Below are positions 23,246-35,814 of a stretch of 52,819 nt of DNA, piece by piece. Source of the stretch: Perkinsus olseni (lineage: Eukaryota); contig JABANN010000210.1 of NCBI GenBank assembly GCA_013115125.1, positions 1-52,819 of the forward strand, in the 5' to 3' direction. Under the pieces are notes generated by a model. The model did no database searches and had not been told where the DNA came from. It saw only the letters and a list, made by a program, of their open reading frames with translations. A program made the position numbers and the translations under genes. Within the stretch, counting starts at the first letter, position 1; each line of letters begins with the position of its first letter.

Positions 23246-24794
23246 CAGGGTGGCTGGTGGAAGGAAAAATAGACATTCTTTCCTGCGGCCTATTTTTCCT
23301 GCTGAAAAATAGGGAAAAATAGGAAAAATAGGCAAAATAGAAAATTTTTCGCTAAGGAGCGATTTGCAAACAAGAGGAATGGATCCAATAGGTTCGACCG
23401 GCCTTCCACACTTCCTGGTGAACTCCGCAGGGGGTACAGCATGGCATATTGGACGCAAGTTATGCCGGTCTTGAGGAGCTCTGCTCAAGAGGTGAACTGT
23501 AAGCATTCCTTCACTCTCTGCGGTCACTTGGACTCTGCAGCCACTGAAACGCAACATGGAGATTCTCCATTGGAGGAGTACTCATGAGGCATAAAGCTTC
23601 AAGAATTATGAATTTAGTATACTTCTTCAACGTGGAATTATCGGTGGCACTCATATTGAGTGACTCGACGAGACGGAATCATCTGTACCGGACGAGCTGC
23701 TGAATACGCGCTCGCGAGAATCACTTCGCACAGCGGCCCCGCGGAACCTCCTTACGGTTGTCCAGCGGAGGAAGGCGCCTCTAAATATATTATTCGTCGA
23801 CAGGTTATCCCTAAGGAAAGCTTGAGCACTGGTGGCACCAGTCTGGTGCTGAGACAATCACAAGTACTACAAACTTGGCAGGTTTACATGGCCACAAATT
23901 TTGTGTGAAGGTCCGGGCTTTGCCTGGAGCAAGTTCAAGCAAGCGTAGCAAGCATCGTTTGTGCGCGAGCTGTTCGCGCGCCCCTGTAATCGACCAGAGT
24001 GGTAGCAACGATATGTTGCGTTCGTGGTTGTAAGGAGCGGAACCCGGTGTGAGAAGGTCTTCCGGGCCGGTTCCGAGGAATTTTTTTTCTTTTACCCTTG
24101 GTTAGTTATCTGGGAGACATTGCCTGTGTGCTTGCGTGCCAGGCAATGTGACTGCGGTGTTGTATTGGCCGCTGGCCCGAGGCGTGTGGGACATCCTGGC
24201 GATGTCTGCTGGTCTTCGGGTCTCGGGCTAATTTACACCATAGTCTCACCCAACACTCCCAGTTGACTGATGCGATGCGGCGGAGCGCGTCTTGAACAAC
24301 TGAAGAAACGCTCTTGTGCAGCCGCCCCGCAGGGAGTTTGTGTGGCAAGGTATAGATAACTGAGTTATCATAACTCCAAATTCCACACTCGTCTTTCACA
24401 CTCCACCAGTAGGGGCAAGGGTCGCACGTTTCTCTCTTTTCCGTGAGCTTCGAGCTTTGATGGACACTCCTGCGCGCCTTAGATCCAACGACGAGCTCCA
24501 TCGATTCCGTCGTTACGAGTGTTTAAATCTTCCGAATGTTTCAGTTATATTTCTGTCAGAACTACGGCACATCTCTATGCCTCTAATCATTGATTAGTGA
24601 TCAATCACATCTCGCTCTTCCTTTTTCACCTTTTTTCTTGAGTTTTTCTCTCTTTTTTCCCAATTTCCTCCAAAATTTCCATTTTTTTTCTATTTTTCCT
24701 ATTTTTCCGGGGAAAAATAGGCATTCTTTCCTTCGGGAAAAATAGCCTTTCTTTCTGAAGGAAAGAATGAAAGAATGAAAGAACGGCCACCCTG
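23246..24794. mobile_element. Non-autonomous hAT-like DNA transposon (1549 bp)
   Basis: TIRs CAGGGTGGC (23246) and GCCACCCTG (24786-24794). Exact 8-bp TSD GTATTGCA at 23238-23245 and 24795-24802. Subterminal AAAAATAG(G) arrays at both ends; no recognisable transposase ORF. Confidence 0.9.
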
Positions 24795-24879
24795 GTATTG
24801 CACTAGCGTGAAGCTAGTAGTTACTATTGAGACTAATCTTATTATATGCATAACTAAGAAGTATCAAGAGCCTTACTTC

Positions 24880-26730
24880 CTTTCCTATGTCACAGTTTCC
24901 GTCGAGTTCTAAGGGTGGCGAGTTTCCTGTCAACTCTAGTGAAAGGCCTGGCCAAGCCGGGAACACCACAGCCCAGCGAGGGCCTACACCTAAATTTCCC
25001 GACTTACCCGAATTCTTGAGGTGTGTCTATGATAGGAAAGATCATCTATTATTGCTTCCGCCAGGCACTTTCGATCATCAAAGGTTGTCATGTTAGGGTC
25101 AGATCATACCTCGGTTACCGGGCCATTGTTGAACCGCTTCCGAGTGGCCTGAGTTCACTCCGGCGTATCCTGGGTTGACCATGAGCGAGGGCAGGAAAGA
25201 AAGATACGCACAAGCAGTGGTTATGCGTATCTTATCGTATCGTACGGTTGTTAAGCACCCTCCTCCGAACTAGCCCAACATCATTGTCGATAACACAACG
25301 ACGACCTCTCAAATCATCCAACGTTACATGATTGGCGTCCAACTCCTCGAATCGGTTGAGAGGAGCTTCGCCTCTTCAAGGTCTGTTCAACAGTACCATA
25401 AATGCCACGACTCATCCCTGGATACCGTATAACATCGCGAGCTGGCCGCTCGTCAAGCAATGCCCTCGTGCCCGATCGGGGCCCATGAGAACTATACGGG
25501 TCGAAGTGTCTAGCTACACTCCTGCTGTTGTTGCCCATCTTTTGAGGGTGTCTCCCCGAACTCGGATGAAGGGCGGGCGATCCTTCATCGCTGACCCGGC
25601 TCACTAGCTTGCTGCTCACGCCGGCCCTCTCTCGGGTGGGCTTCGCTGATTTCCTCGCTTCTTTGAGCGCCTTGGCCGGGATTCGATCCGGAGACCTCTC
25701 GGAATGCACCTTCGCAACTCCCTCCGGCGCGGCTTCGCTCGGCCGAGAGTTCAAAGCGCCACCGCCCCCTGGACTGGACTGCTGAGCAGTGGGTTCACGT
25801 CTGCTACGCTGAGGCGATGGCGGAGGGATCGGGTCAGTGGACGGTCCTGAAAACAGCGATCTTTCCTGAGGGAGGTCACGGCAGTTCATTGCCTGTGTGT
25901 CGTTCTGGTGGAGATGCTTCCACCTGGATTCCCCTGCTGTCTGTTCTTTTGGCTTTCGGCGTGCCTCCGGACGAGAGAGCATACTGAGGTATGAGTCAAA
26001 TGTCCCTCTACAAACCAAGGGAGGGGCCAGCCCGAAGTCTCTTCGACGATCTAGCGAGCCCTTCCAAAGAGACCAAGCGAGTGTTCGCCCAGGCGCTCCT
26101 TGGTAGCCCTACATGGTACGGAGCAGGGCCGCTATAGACGATCATTCACATGTTGCTACGAGAACCAGGGATGAGCACACCTTGTGTAGCAGGAGGCCCA
26201 ACTTTACGATAAGCTTTCTTAGACGCTCGTCTAACTCCTTGACATACCTGAGGAGTCAAAGAAGCTGGTCATACCGAGAAATCCATCAACGCCGAGGAGT
26301 ATTATGCTCCGAAAGGCCAGCACCGGAAGCACCTCCTGGATTCATTAGGAAGAGCAAAAAATATAATGTCGATGTCTCATGTTCTTGCGCACACATCAAC
26401 CAGCAGAGCTCGCTGTCACGAAGGAGCCACTGCTGTCCATTGCTAGTCCATCACCTGGTCCGCCTCTCGCTCCGTGTCCGGTATCGGGCGTATGCAGTCA
26501 GATGCTTCGACGTTCTATCAAGTGCCCTCGATGGAGATGTATCAGCTCTGAGCCAGGCAGCCACTCGAGCGCCTCCGAGCATCCCCGTCCACCCACCCGG
26601 GCCACCCTGAGTGCACCTCCAATCTCCACGCCTCTCGCTCGCCCTCGGCTGCCAGCGCTGCTGCTTGTGACGCCTGCCGACAGCAAACTCGGGCACGAAT
26701 GATTTACGAGGAATGTTTGCAGATCCCATC
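24880..26730 (-). mobile_element. Possible heavily decayed retroelement remnant
   Basis: Stop-riddled frames with a low-complexity gag-like stretch; only weak endonuclease-like hints and no diagnostic motif. Confidence 0.2.
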
Positions 26731-27200
26731 TCGCTCCGCTAGGAAACTACGCTGAAGCTAGCTAAGTCGCTGATGAGTCATCAGTGATGACCCGAGGAGA
26801 ATAGGTCTAAGATCGGAATTTCAAAACCTGGTCGCCGTGTGCTACATCAGCCAGTCTCTTCACACGAGCAACGCCATTACCCACCTGATGGTTGAGCTGC
26901 CTCGCATCAGCGGTTTCTTGGACCAGTCGGATGAGTCGCTCAACCTTCCGATGAAGATCGGCCCGACAAGGACTGTGGGGTTGTTGAGTAAACCGATCCT
27001 GAGGCCTAGGGTCGAACCCGGGACTGCTTCCAACGCGTAAGAACCAGTGCTAGAATCTGTTTTGGTTTTGTGAAGGCACACGTTGGTCGCCGTCATTATC
27101 TAAGCCTCTCACTGAGCACATCAGCAAGAGTCCAACTGAGCCGGAACCAGTGTTGGACTATAAACTCACAACCTTCCAAGGCGATCGAACTCGCGGCATA

Positions 27201-27704
27201 CTAGGTCGGACCCAGTCCCGCCCACCATGGCCGCCTCACCTCTGCTAGGTCGAATGTCTCCTCGCCGTCCTCGCATCGTGATGATACACAATCTTGCTCA
27301 TCGTTCTTATAAATACCGCCTTCGAGGCTCCCTTCCGTTGTCCCCTCGTTAACCCCTACTAACTTCACACACTCCTCAATTCGCTCGCTTTCGTATTCGA
27401 TATCAAGTTCGCTCAAACGCCTCGATGCTTCAACGAGTTGCACCGTCTGCTCCCTCAACTGTGATCGAACCATGGCTAGCTCGAGGCGAAGGGCCGAGTT
27501 GTTCTGCTCAACGCACGGAGAAGCTGCTGGCTTCCTCGACTGTGGCATCGGGAGAACTCTGATCCGAAGCTGAGCCCTCCACAGTGATGCCTTTTCGGTG
27601 CATCGACCTCTCCCTGTAAGTGGCACGGTCGACCTCAAGATTCCCCGAGGGACTAGCGAACGCAACACCAAGACGTAAGAAACATGACGCTTACACAAGT
27701 TCAT
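27201..27704 (-). CDS. Hypothetical coiled-coil protein
   Basis: Heptad-like NSALRLELAMVRSQLREQTVQLVEASRRLSELDIEYE; true start probably internal. Confidence 0.45.
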   Translation of the reverse strand: MNLCKRHVSYVLVLRSLVPRGILRSTVPLTGRGRCTEKASLWRAQLRIRVLPMPQSRKPAASPCVEQNNSALRLELAMVRSQLREQTVQLVEASRRLSELDIEYESERIEECVKLVGVNEGTTEGSLEGGIYKNDEQDCVSSRCEDGEETFDLAEVRRPWWAGLGPT

Positions 27705-29202
27705 CGGTGATGCGTGCGATCTTCTCCCACACCAACCTCAACTCTTCTTCGCATTCGCTCGGTATTAGCGGGCCATCTCCCTCGACCGGCTGATAAAAGT
27801 TGTGCCCCAACCACTCACGCACGAGGGCCGTGGCGAAGCACCCCGGTGGTAGGGAGAACGTGAGCTCGAGGGTATCCTTCTGAGGCCTCGTCCACTTCAA
27901 GTTGATCGGTCTTATCAATATTTCCCTCGCTTCTTTCGCCGGGTTAGCTCGGCCGTTTAGGGAAGGTAAGTAGAGGTCCTCTAGAATCCTGTCCAAGAAC
28001 CTGCCTGCCTTGTTCTGAGGCTTCAAACTGCTATTCACAGGCAAAGGCAGACACACGTGGCGAGCTATCGAGCTCTTCTTGCCGTCCCAAATGTAGGGTG
28101 GGAAGTGATGCACCGAACCACCAGGGCCGTTGATGACCAAGTCTCCTCGAAGAGGTCTAACACCGAGTTCGCTGACTCTGAACTGTACGAGGTAGTTCCA
28201 CAGGAGACTGTGCCATGAGTGAACGTAGCTCGCCCATTGATTTTGACTTATGGCCCGCTTCCAGTCGATGCTGTCACCCGACTGCTTTTCAGCTCTGGCC
28301 AACAAAAGGCGCATCTCGTGAGCCTCATAACCACTACCAAGAGCTTCATACACGGACCGAAGGGCGCCACCTCGAAGTTTCAGACGAACCCAGTCACGGC
28401 CCTTGGGACACAGCCCGATGAGCATGGCAACAACCGCCTCCAGAACGTCACCCTTCTCCAAGTACTGCCCAACGATGGGAGAGTTGAACCGGGGTACACC
28501 AAACCGTTGCAAGCCGAAAAAATTGACGAAGCCCGAGTCGCGTATCTTAGCTAGGACCTCGTCGTGCTTGGGGTGACCGATAATTCTCGAATCGCCGACA
28601 AAGGTGAGCTTGAACCAATTGCCTTCAAGGGCTCCCCACGTCAAGGGGACTTGAACGCCGACAGGATCCCCTAGCTCGAACGGTAGAGCCTCCCCTCGTC
28701 TAGAAGCGAAGAAGAGGTTCTGGAACTGTACTTGGGGAACTGTGATGTACTGCATAGTGTCCGCACCCTTGTCCTTCCGACCAGCATAAGTGAAGACCGC
28801 GGGGTCACACTTGGCAACCTCCGCCATAATCTTGATACACGTGTCGGTCTCGACCTTTGCTTTATGCAAGGTTAAGCGAACATAGGGGGCCGAGCTCACT
28901 TCATGACCGAAACTGTGCGGTAGAAGATACTCGCAAAGATTCGTGTTGAACTCAACCGGCCGGCCGTTGTTGCCAAGGGGGATCTCGCGAACCACGAAGT
29001 GCTCCGGAGCGAGAGTCAAGCCAGCCCTCTTCGAATCAACGCCGTGGCGCGTCCAAAGGAGGTTGCCCTCGAATGGCCGCTCCCAGTCGTTCAGCACAGT
29101 ATCAGTGCACATACCCATCAACTTGTGGAGTTCTCGAGACCCCGTGAGCTTGTGGATGGAGGATGCTGATGTTAGGCGTATCAAACGACGTCTATGCAAC
29201 AT
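27691..29202 (-). CDS. TruD/Pus7-family pseudouridine synthase
   Basis: Family motifs FVVRE, YAGRKDK..TMQ (catalytic Asp), GNWFKL, GFVNFFGLQRFG, YVHSWHSLLWN, LTFSLPPGCFATALVRE. Intronless, 503 aa. Confidence 0.92.
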   Translation of the reverse strand: MLHRRRLIRLTSASSIHKLTGSRELHKLMGMCTDTVLNDWERPFEGNLLWTRHGVDSKRAGLTLAPEHFVVREIPLGNNGRPVEFNTNLCEYLLPHSFGHEVSSAPYVRLTLHKAKVETDTCIKIMAEVAKCDPAVFTYAGRKDKGADTMQYITVPQVQFQNLFFASRRGEALPFELGDPVGVQVPLTWGALEGNWFKLTFVGDSRIIGHPKHDEVLAKIRDSGFVNFFGLQRFGVPRFNSPIVGQYLEKGDVLEAVVAMLIGLCPKGRDWVRLKLRGGALRSVYEALGSGYEAHEMRLLLARAEKQSGDSIDWKRAISQNQWASYVHSWHSLLWNYLVQFRVSELGVRPLRGDLVINGPGGSVHHFPPYIWDGKKSSIARHVCLPLPVNSSLKPQNKAGRFLDRILEDLYLPSLNGRANPAKEAREILIRPINLKWTRPQKDTLELTFSLPPGCFATALVREWLGHNFYQPVEGDGPLIPSECEEELRLVWEKIARITDELV

Positions 29203-29979
29203 TTAATAGAGCTTCACTCTACTATGACAAGACTCACGCCGGTTGAACCTTTAATGGCAGAACACATCTTCGCCGGTCGCGCTGGAAACTCGCACGCGAG
29301 AGCTCCCGGCTGAGATGATCGGAAGGGCAATCCCGACGACTGTCAACGCAACAATCGCAAGACTTATCGTACGCGTCAGCACCGAGGAGGCGACCGACGT
29401 CTTAAAGCGTTCACAGCATCAGATGCCTGGATGACAGCGGAGGCCTTCGAGACCCTCACTGTATATCAGCGAGGTCAATAGGTCAAACGCTAATTAGTGT
29501 TATACTCTGTTAAGTAAGAAATGGCTGTGAGATGCGAAAAAGCTGGTATGAGCAGCAGCAGCTGGTGCTGGCATGCCTAGCAGTAGGGTGAAAGTTCAGT
29601 GAAGCCATCAATGTACGCGACTCAATAATACAAACCATTGGAGGCATAGAAATGATACGACGACGAGAACAAGGATTATGGTCAAACGATTATCACGTCA
29701 GGTTGCTGGCTGATGGTTATCAGCCACCAGAAGCAATCGTAATCAGAGACTCCGTAGCCTCCAGTCGGAAGGCACACAGACATGTACGATTATTGAAATC
29801 GGTGACAAAAATATCAGTCTGGCGGCCCTTGGAGAAGGCAAGCTTAGGGAAGAGATGCTTCACGATCCGCATGCTGAATAAATCGATACATAAATCGACA
29901 ACCTTCGCTCCGCTAACAGGATGGGTGTATCTGCAACACCGTCACACGAACAAGCAGCACTAGACTGACCTTATCCGAC

Positions 29980-30907
29980 TTACCTGCGCATCGAGCAAGA
30001 TTCTCTGCCGAAAGCCTTAGCGATAGCATCAGCATCCTTGGGGCCTTTGACGGGTAGATGTCTAAGAGCCGAGCCCGCAGGTTGGAGGATGAAAGCCAGG
30101 TCAGTCTCCAGGAGTTGGATGAGATCGGTGGCACTGGGGTCGGTCTTGTCAAGGAGAGCGCTCATAGCCGAGATGTCGGCGAATTGATGGAGCGTGCTTA
30201 TCTAAGGATGAAAAATTACTGAATGGCATCTTTGGCTGAAGCTGGGGCCATTCGAGGTAGAAAGGTACTCGATGCTGCTGCTTTAGGGACAACTCACCTC
30301 CATTTCTCCACAAGTGAGGGAGAACACCAAATAAGCTGAACCACTTGAAGTAATCGGCACCATCTCCGGAAAGCGTTGGGTTAACAATCCGCCCTCCGAA
30401 GCAGGCAGGGGCTGTGCTGGTGGGCGAACAACCGATCCTATCTGAGAACAAGCCCGACTAAGAACCCCTTGTCAAGCTGGGTCGAAGCGCTCACCACTGT
30501 TGTGAGAAGCCTGGCCTGGTCACCCATCTCTCGACCGTGACGACCCTCCGACACATCGACCACCTGGACGTAGTCCACAGAGTAAGGTCCAGTGCCGAGG
30601 AGACGATGGCAGGCGGGCGGCTGGCAATCGCTCACCGGCGAGGCCTCTGATTTGGGGGAGCTCTGGTCTGCATACAGTTCCAAAGACGAACACTATCGGA
30701 AGCTCGCATTGAACAACATCATTAGTCGCAACCGTCGATTGTCTTACCAGATCCGGCGATAGTGTCGATTTCTTCACTTGGCGTTTTACCGGCAGCAACA
30801 GTTGTGCCGTCGCCAACTTCACCACGTCGTAAGAAAAGGCCAAGGACCATTAGTAACCCGAGGGAGTAGAGGAAAGTGAGCCTGCGAACAACGGAGTTTT
30901 CTTCCAT
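29980..30907 (-). pseudogene. Frameshifted membrane-anchored hypothetical protein
   Basis: N-terminal TM (LTFLYSLGLLMVLGLF) followed by four overlapping protein-like ORFs in changing frames without clear splice sites. Confidence 0.35.
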
Positions 30908-31780
30908 CCCGTCAGGCTCCTATTTGCAACACGAAGCCGTCTAGCCTAGAATGGAAGTTTCACTCAGTGCTCACAGCAAAATGAGCCGAAATTTTAGCGC
31001 GCGCCCGGCTGATCGATATATGCTCAATATCGGTACGTCTTCATGAATAGCCGAGTCGATTGAGTTGAGTAATTTCTTGGCATTAGCCGCTTACGATGAC
31101 TTCTGAGACCGAGACAGAGTATTGGACGATCTCGACGGGTGTGGCTTGCCGGAATGGTTGGAGCTGTAGGGAGTGCAAAGGACCCATAGTTAAAGGCACC
31201 CCACTAGTCTGCAGGGACGGCCGAAAACTACGTTTCATGTACTTCACTACTTAGGCTCGCCTTTAGTCGTTTATCACTCTGGGCACAGGTATCATCCGAA
31301 GTGCTTCAGTGGTTACTCAGACGTGCGAACACAACCCGCTAACATAAGGTTAGTCAGACTGGCGTCTTCATCCATAGTCAACTGGCTTTTTGTCGTCTCT
31401 TCCGCCCTGCTCATCCTCAGAGATATCCAAGGGAAGTATCCTAACCTTAGCAGAGAGGCTCCAAAGGAGAAGGGACATGGCAAGTGGTCTACTTCCTGTG
31501 GATATGTTGGCTGAGCTCAACAGGAGTTGGTTGAAGTCTTTAATGTCTGAAATAACAAGGCCAGAAATTTTGCTCATTCGCGGACTGGAGCCTTTAGGGA
31601 AACTTTTAAACACAACCGCTTATTCCTTCAGGGATCAACCAGCTTTGGTCTCGGACGGGACCGAAAACTTTTCGTCACACTTTAAGTGTGAAGTCGCAAA
31701 GCACGAGCGAGAGGTGAACAGACTCGCAGTCTTCATTATGACAGGGAAGTCATCGACAGCCATGCGGTACTAGACCATCA

Positions 31781-31981
31781 GGAGTACTTCTTTTCAAGAG
31801 AAGTATTCCGAATAGGACCGCTCGGCGAGCGGAGTCCTGACAGGACTCCTATCACGAGTTTCTCGTTCTACCGAGCGCCGCTCGGAATGCTACTATAACG
31901 GTTATACTACTACCACAGGGCCACTGGACTAGTGGCACTAGTAGTGGTCCACTACTCGCAATTGAAATTCTATCATAGAAT
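31781..31981. repeat. Cluster of short palindromes, mostly with 1-nt centres
   Basis: 31818-31832, 31831-31849, 31871-31885, 31894-31906, 31921-31942, 31940-31956, 31967-31981. Confidence 0.85.
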
Positions 31982-32740
31982 CCCTCGTTAATATCGGCCC
32001 GTTGTGTAAAAGGTGGACAATTCTTATGTACTACTAATATATGCTCACTCAGGGAATCAGTCAGGGTAGCGTAGCCATGTAACGCTATTGATCAGTCTCA
32101 GACGTGGTAGTAACACACGATTAAATAAGTACATATAACACTTCCTATAATACTGTCAACTGTGTGTGCCAGTTTGATTTGCAAATGACCTTTATGCTCG
32201 TATCTAGCTCGTGTGCTCTAGTTTCGGGATGAATCATACTTCAAACGAAAGACAATCATGATGTTAATCGAAACAGTAACCAGGTTCGCATCGATCAATC
32301 GTTTCGCGAAAGATATCACCCAAAAACCGTTTCTTGCCAGGAACCACTGTTCCAATTTCGATATGCAACACAACAAGCAGGTTGAGACTCTAGAATGTGT
32401 AGGAACTCATAGTTTCATGTCAGTCACATGTGCACATATCCTCCCTTGGCCGCGAAGACTTTCTCCAGCCTGCTATCCATCGAATCCGTGAGTTTCCTGA
32501 TCTCTGAGTCAGGGTAGGTGAGGGTGCTGTTAACTTGCACTGCCAGTATTGACTGTGGGTCTGTCCACAGCGACCAGTGGTCGCCGACGGCCATCTTGTG
32601 GTTCGATTCGGCCGGTAGCTCATCGCGAGCTGCCCTTGCGCCATAGGCTGTTGTGAAGAGTCTATGACATATGGACCACACCAGCTCTTCTGTCGGTACT
32701 GAAATCCACTTTGCTCCAGCTTCCTACTGTCTTCAAAGCA

Positions 32741-32882
32741 CAATGGAGCTGCGCTCATACTAGCTTCGCATTATCACTCCATTCTCTCGACTCCTCCTTT
32801 TCTATCTGCTCTATTTTGTTCACTATGAGCCCAGTCTACTTATGTTGTGTTCAACAAGTTCTATACTACAGCTACACCTACT
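32741..32882. repeat. Inverted partner of 23058-23190
   Basis: Reverse-complement similarity with small indels. Confidence 0.85.
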
Positions 32883-33388
32883 AAAACGAGACAGTTCACG
32901 GGGCTCATACCCTGCACTTTGTCAGCACCCGAGACTCGCGAGGTAGAGCCAATTTAATCAATATTACAATGCTCCCATGATGTGGCGAACATTGCGACTT
33001 CCAAGCTCGGATTGTTGCCCAAGGTTCCGCGTCTCAGAATGACTCAGTCTGAGTTGTTACACCACCCAACTGTGCTCCCCGCAGAGTGTCGGACATTCTG
33101 TCCCCCTCGTGAATTTGCATCACGGAAGCTCCGAGCTAGATTGCAAGGAATTGCGGAGGTCCAACAATTATCTGCGGCAGCGAGCCTGAACCTCAGGCGA
33201 TGCGAATGGCTAACCTCATATAAGCGCGCGAAAGGAAGGGAGGCCTGGCTCGCCGTCGTCTCCTCTCTCTACTATACCTACCGGCAACCCACGCGTGCAC
33301 GCTAGTGCAACATGCACGCATATGCACTTAAGTCAAGTCCCACCTGGGATATCCGCGGAAACTGGAGGTTTAGCGCTGCTGTTGGAGC

Positions 33389-34958
<1,570 letters not shown>

Positions 34959-35099
34959 ATGGCAGAAGATGGCTACCAATCTTCTACTGGACCTGCCGGC
35001 GGTTACTTCTCATCCCTTCTCTTGCGAACTTCTAACTTAACCGTCAGAGACTCCAGGGTTTCAAAGCCCTTATCAGTACATCTGTCATCCGGTGAAGGG

Positions 35100-35790
35100 A
35101 CCCACTAGGATTTCAAATTGTTATACATTTAGTCCTCATTCTTCATCAGTCTCGTTATGATGCAGGCCTTTGCTGTCTGTAACCTTGTTGTTATCTACTT
35201 AACCAACTCGGGTGAAAGTCACTTTCACGATTCTTGACGACAGACCAGCGCCTGGTCATTAGTCCCTCTATGTTGTGTTGTTCCCATGCGCTCTTGTGAA
35301 GAGTCATATCCGAACAAATTTGTTCCAGGTAGTGCGATGGCCTTCATGATTTTCAGAATCACAAAATCAGATTTTGTGAACCGTGGTGTACTCTGCCACC
35401 AATCATGGAACTACAGTGATAGAGCATACTTGGCAGCGACCTCAATCACGCGGAAGCATCGTGGCTCCAACGAAGATAGGAACCAAATCGCCGCACGGGC
35501 CGGCTTTAGATTTTTGGCCAGAGGCTCTCCCTTGGAGCTTCACGCGCTGATCGACGTCAGCATCAGGTGGTTCGTCAGGAGGCGGGCCTCAACCCGACTC
35601 GGTCGTCCCAGGCTCGAGTTGGGACGTCCAAGAATTCAACTGGAAGTAAGTACTGTAGCTCACTAGAAAGTTGTGAGAAGCGAGGAGAACTCTAACTTTC
35701 TTCGGCTTGCGCCTTTCCCCTCGAGGGAGCACCCGCGCAAACAGTGCGGCCGATCTCCATTGAGGAAGTCTGTAAGCCAAAAACATTCGT
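35100..35790 (-). CDS. Possible small multi-exon hypothetical gene
   Basis: ATG leader MFLAYRLPQWRSAALFAR (presequence-like) downstream of the AIP1 stop; exons unresolved. Confidence 0.25.
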
Positions 35791-35814
35791 CGTTTGCATT
35801 GAAACATGAATTGA

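Noticed and set aside
26770-26800. Hammerhead-like CTGATGA followed by a stem
   Set aside because: No GAAA core follows the stem; the sequence is fully explained as a perfect 22-bp scar of CTGATGAC.
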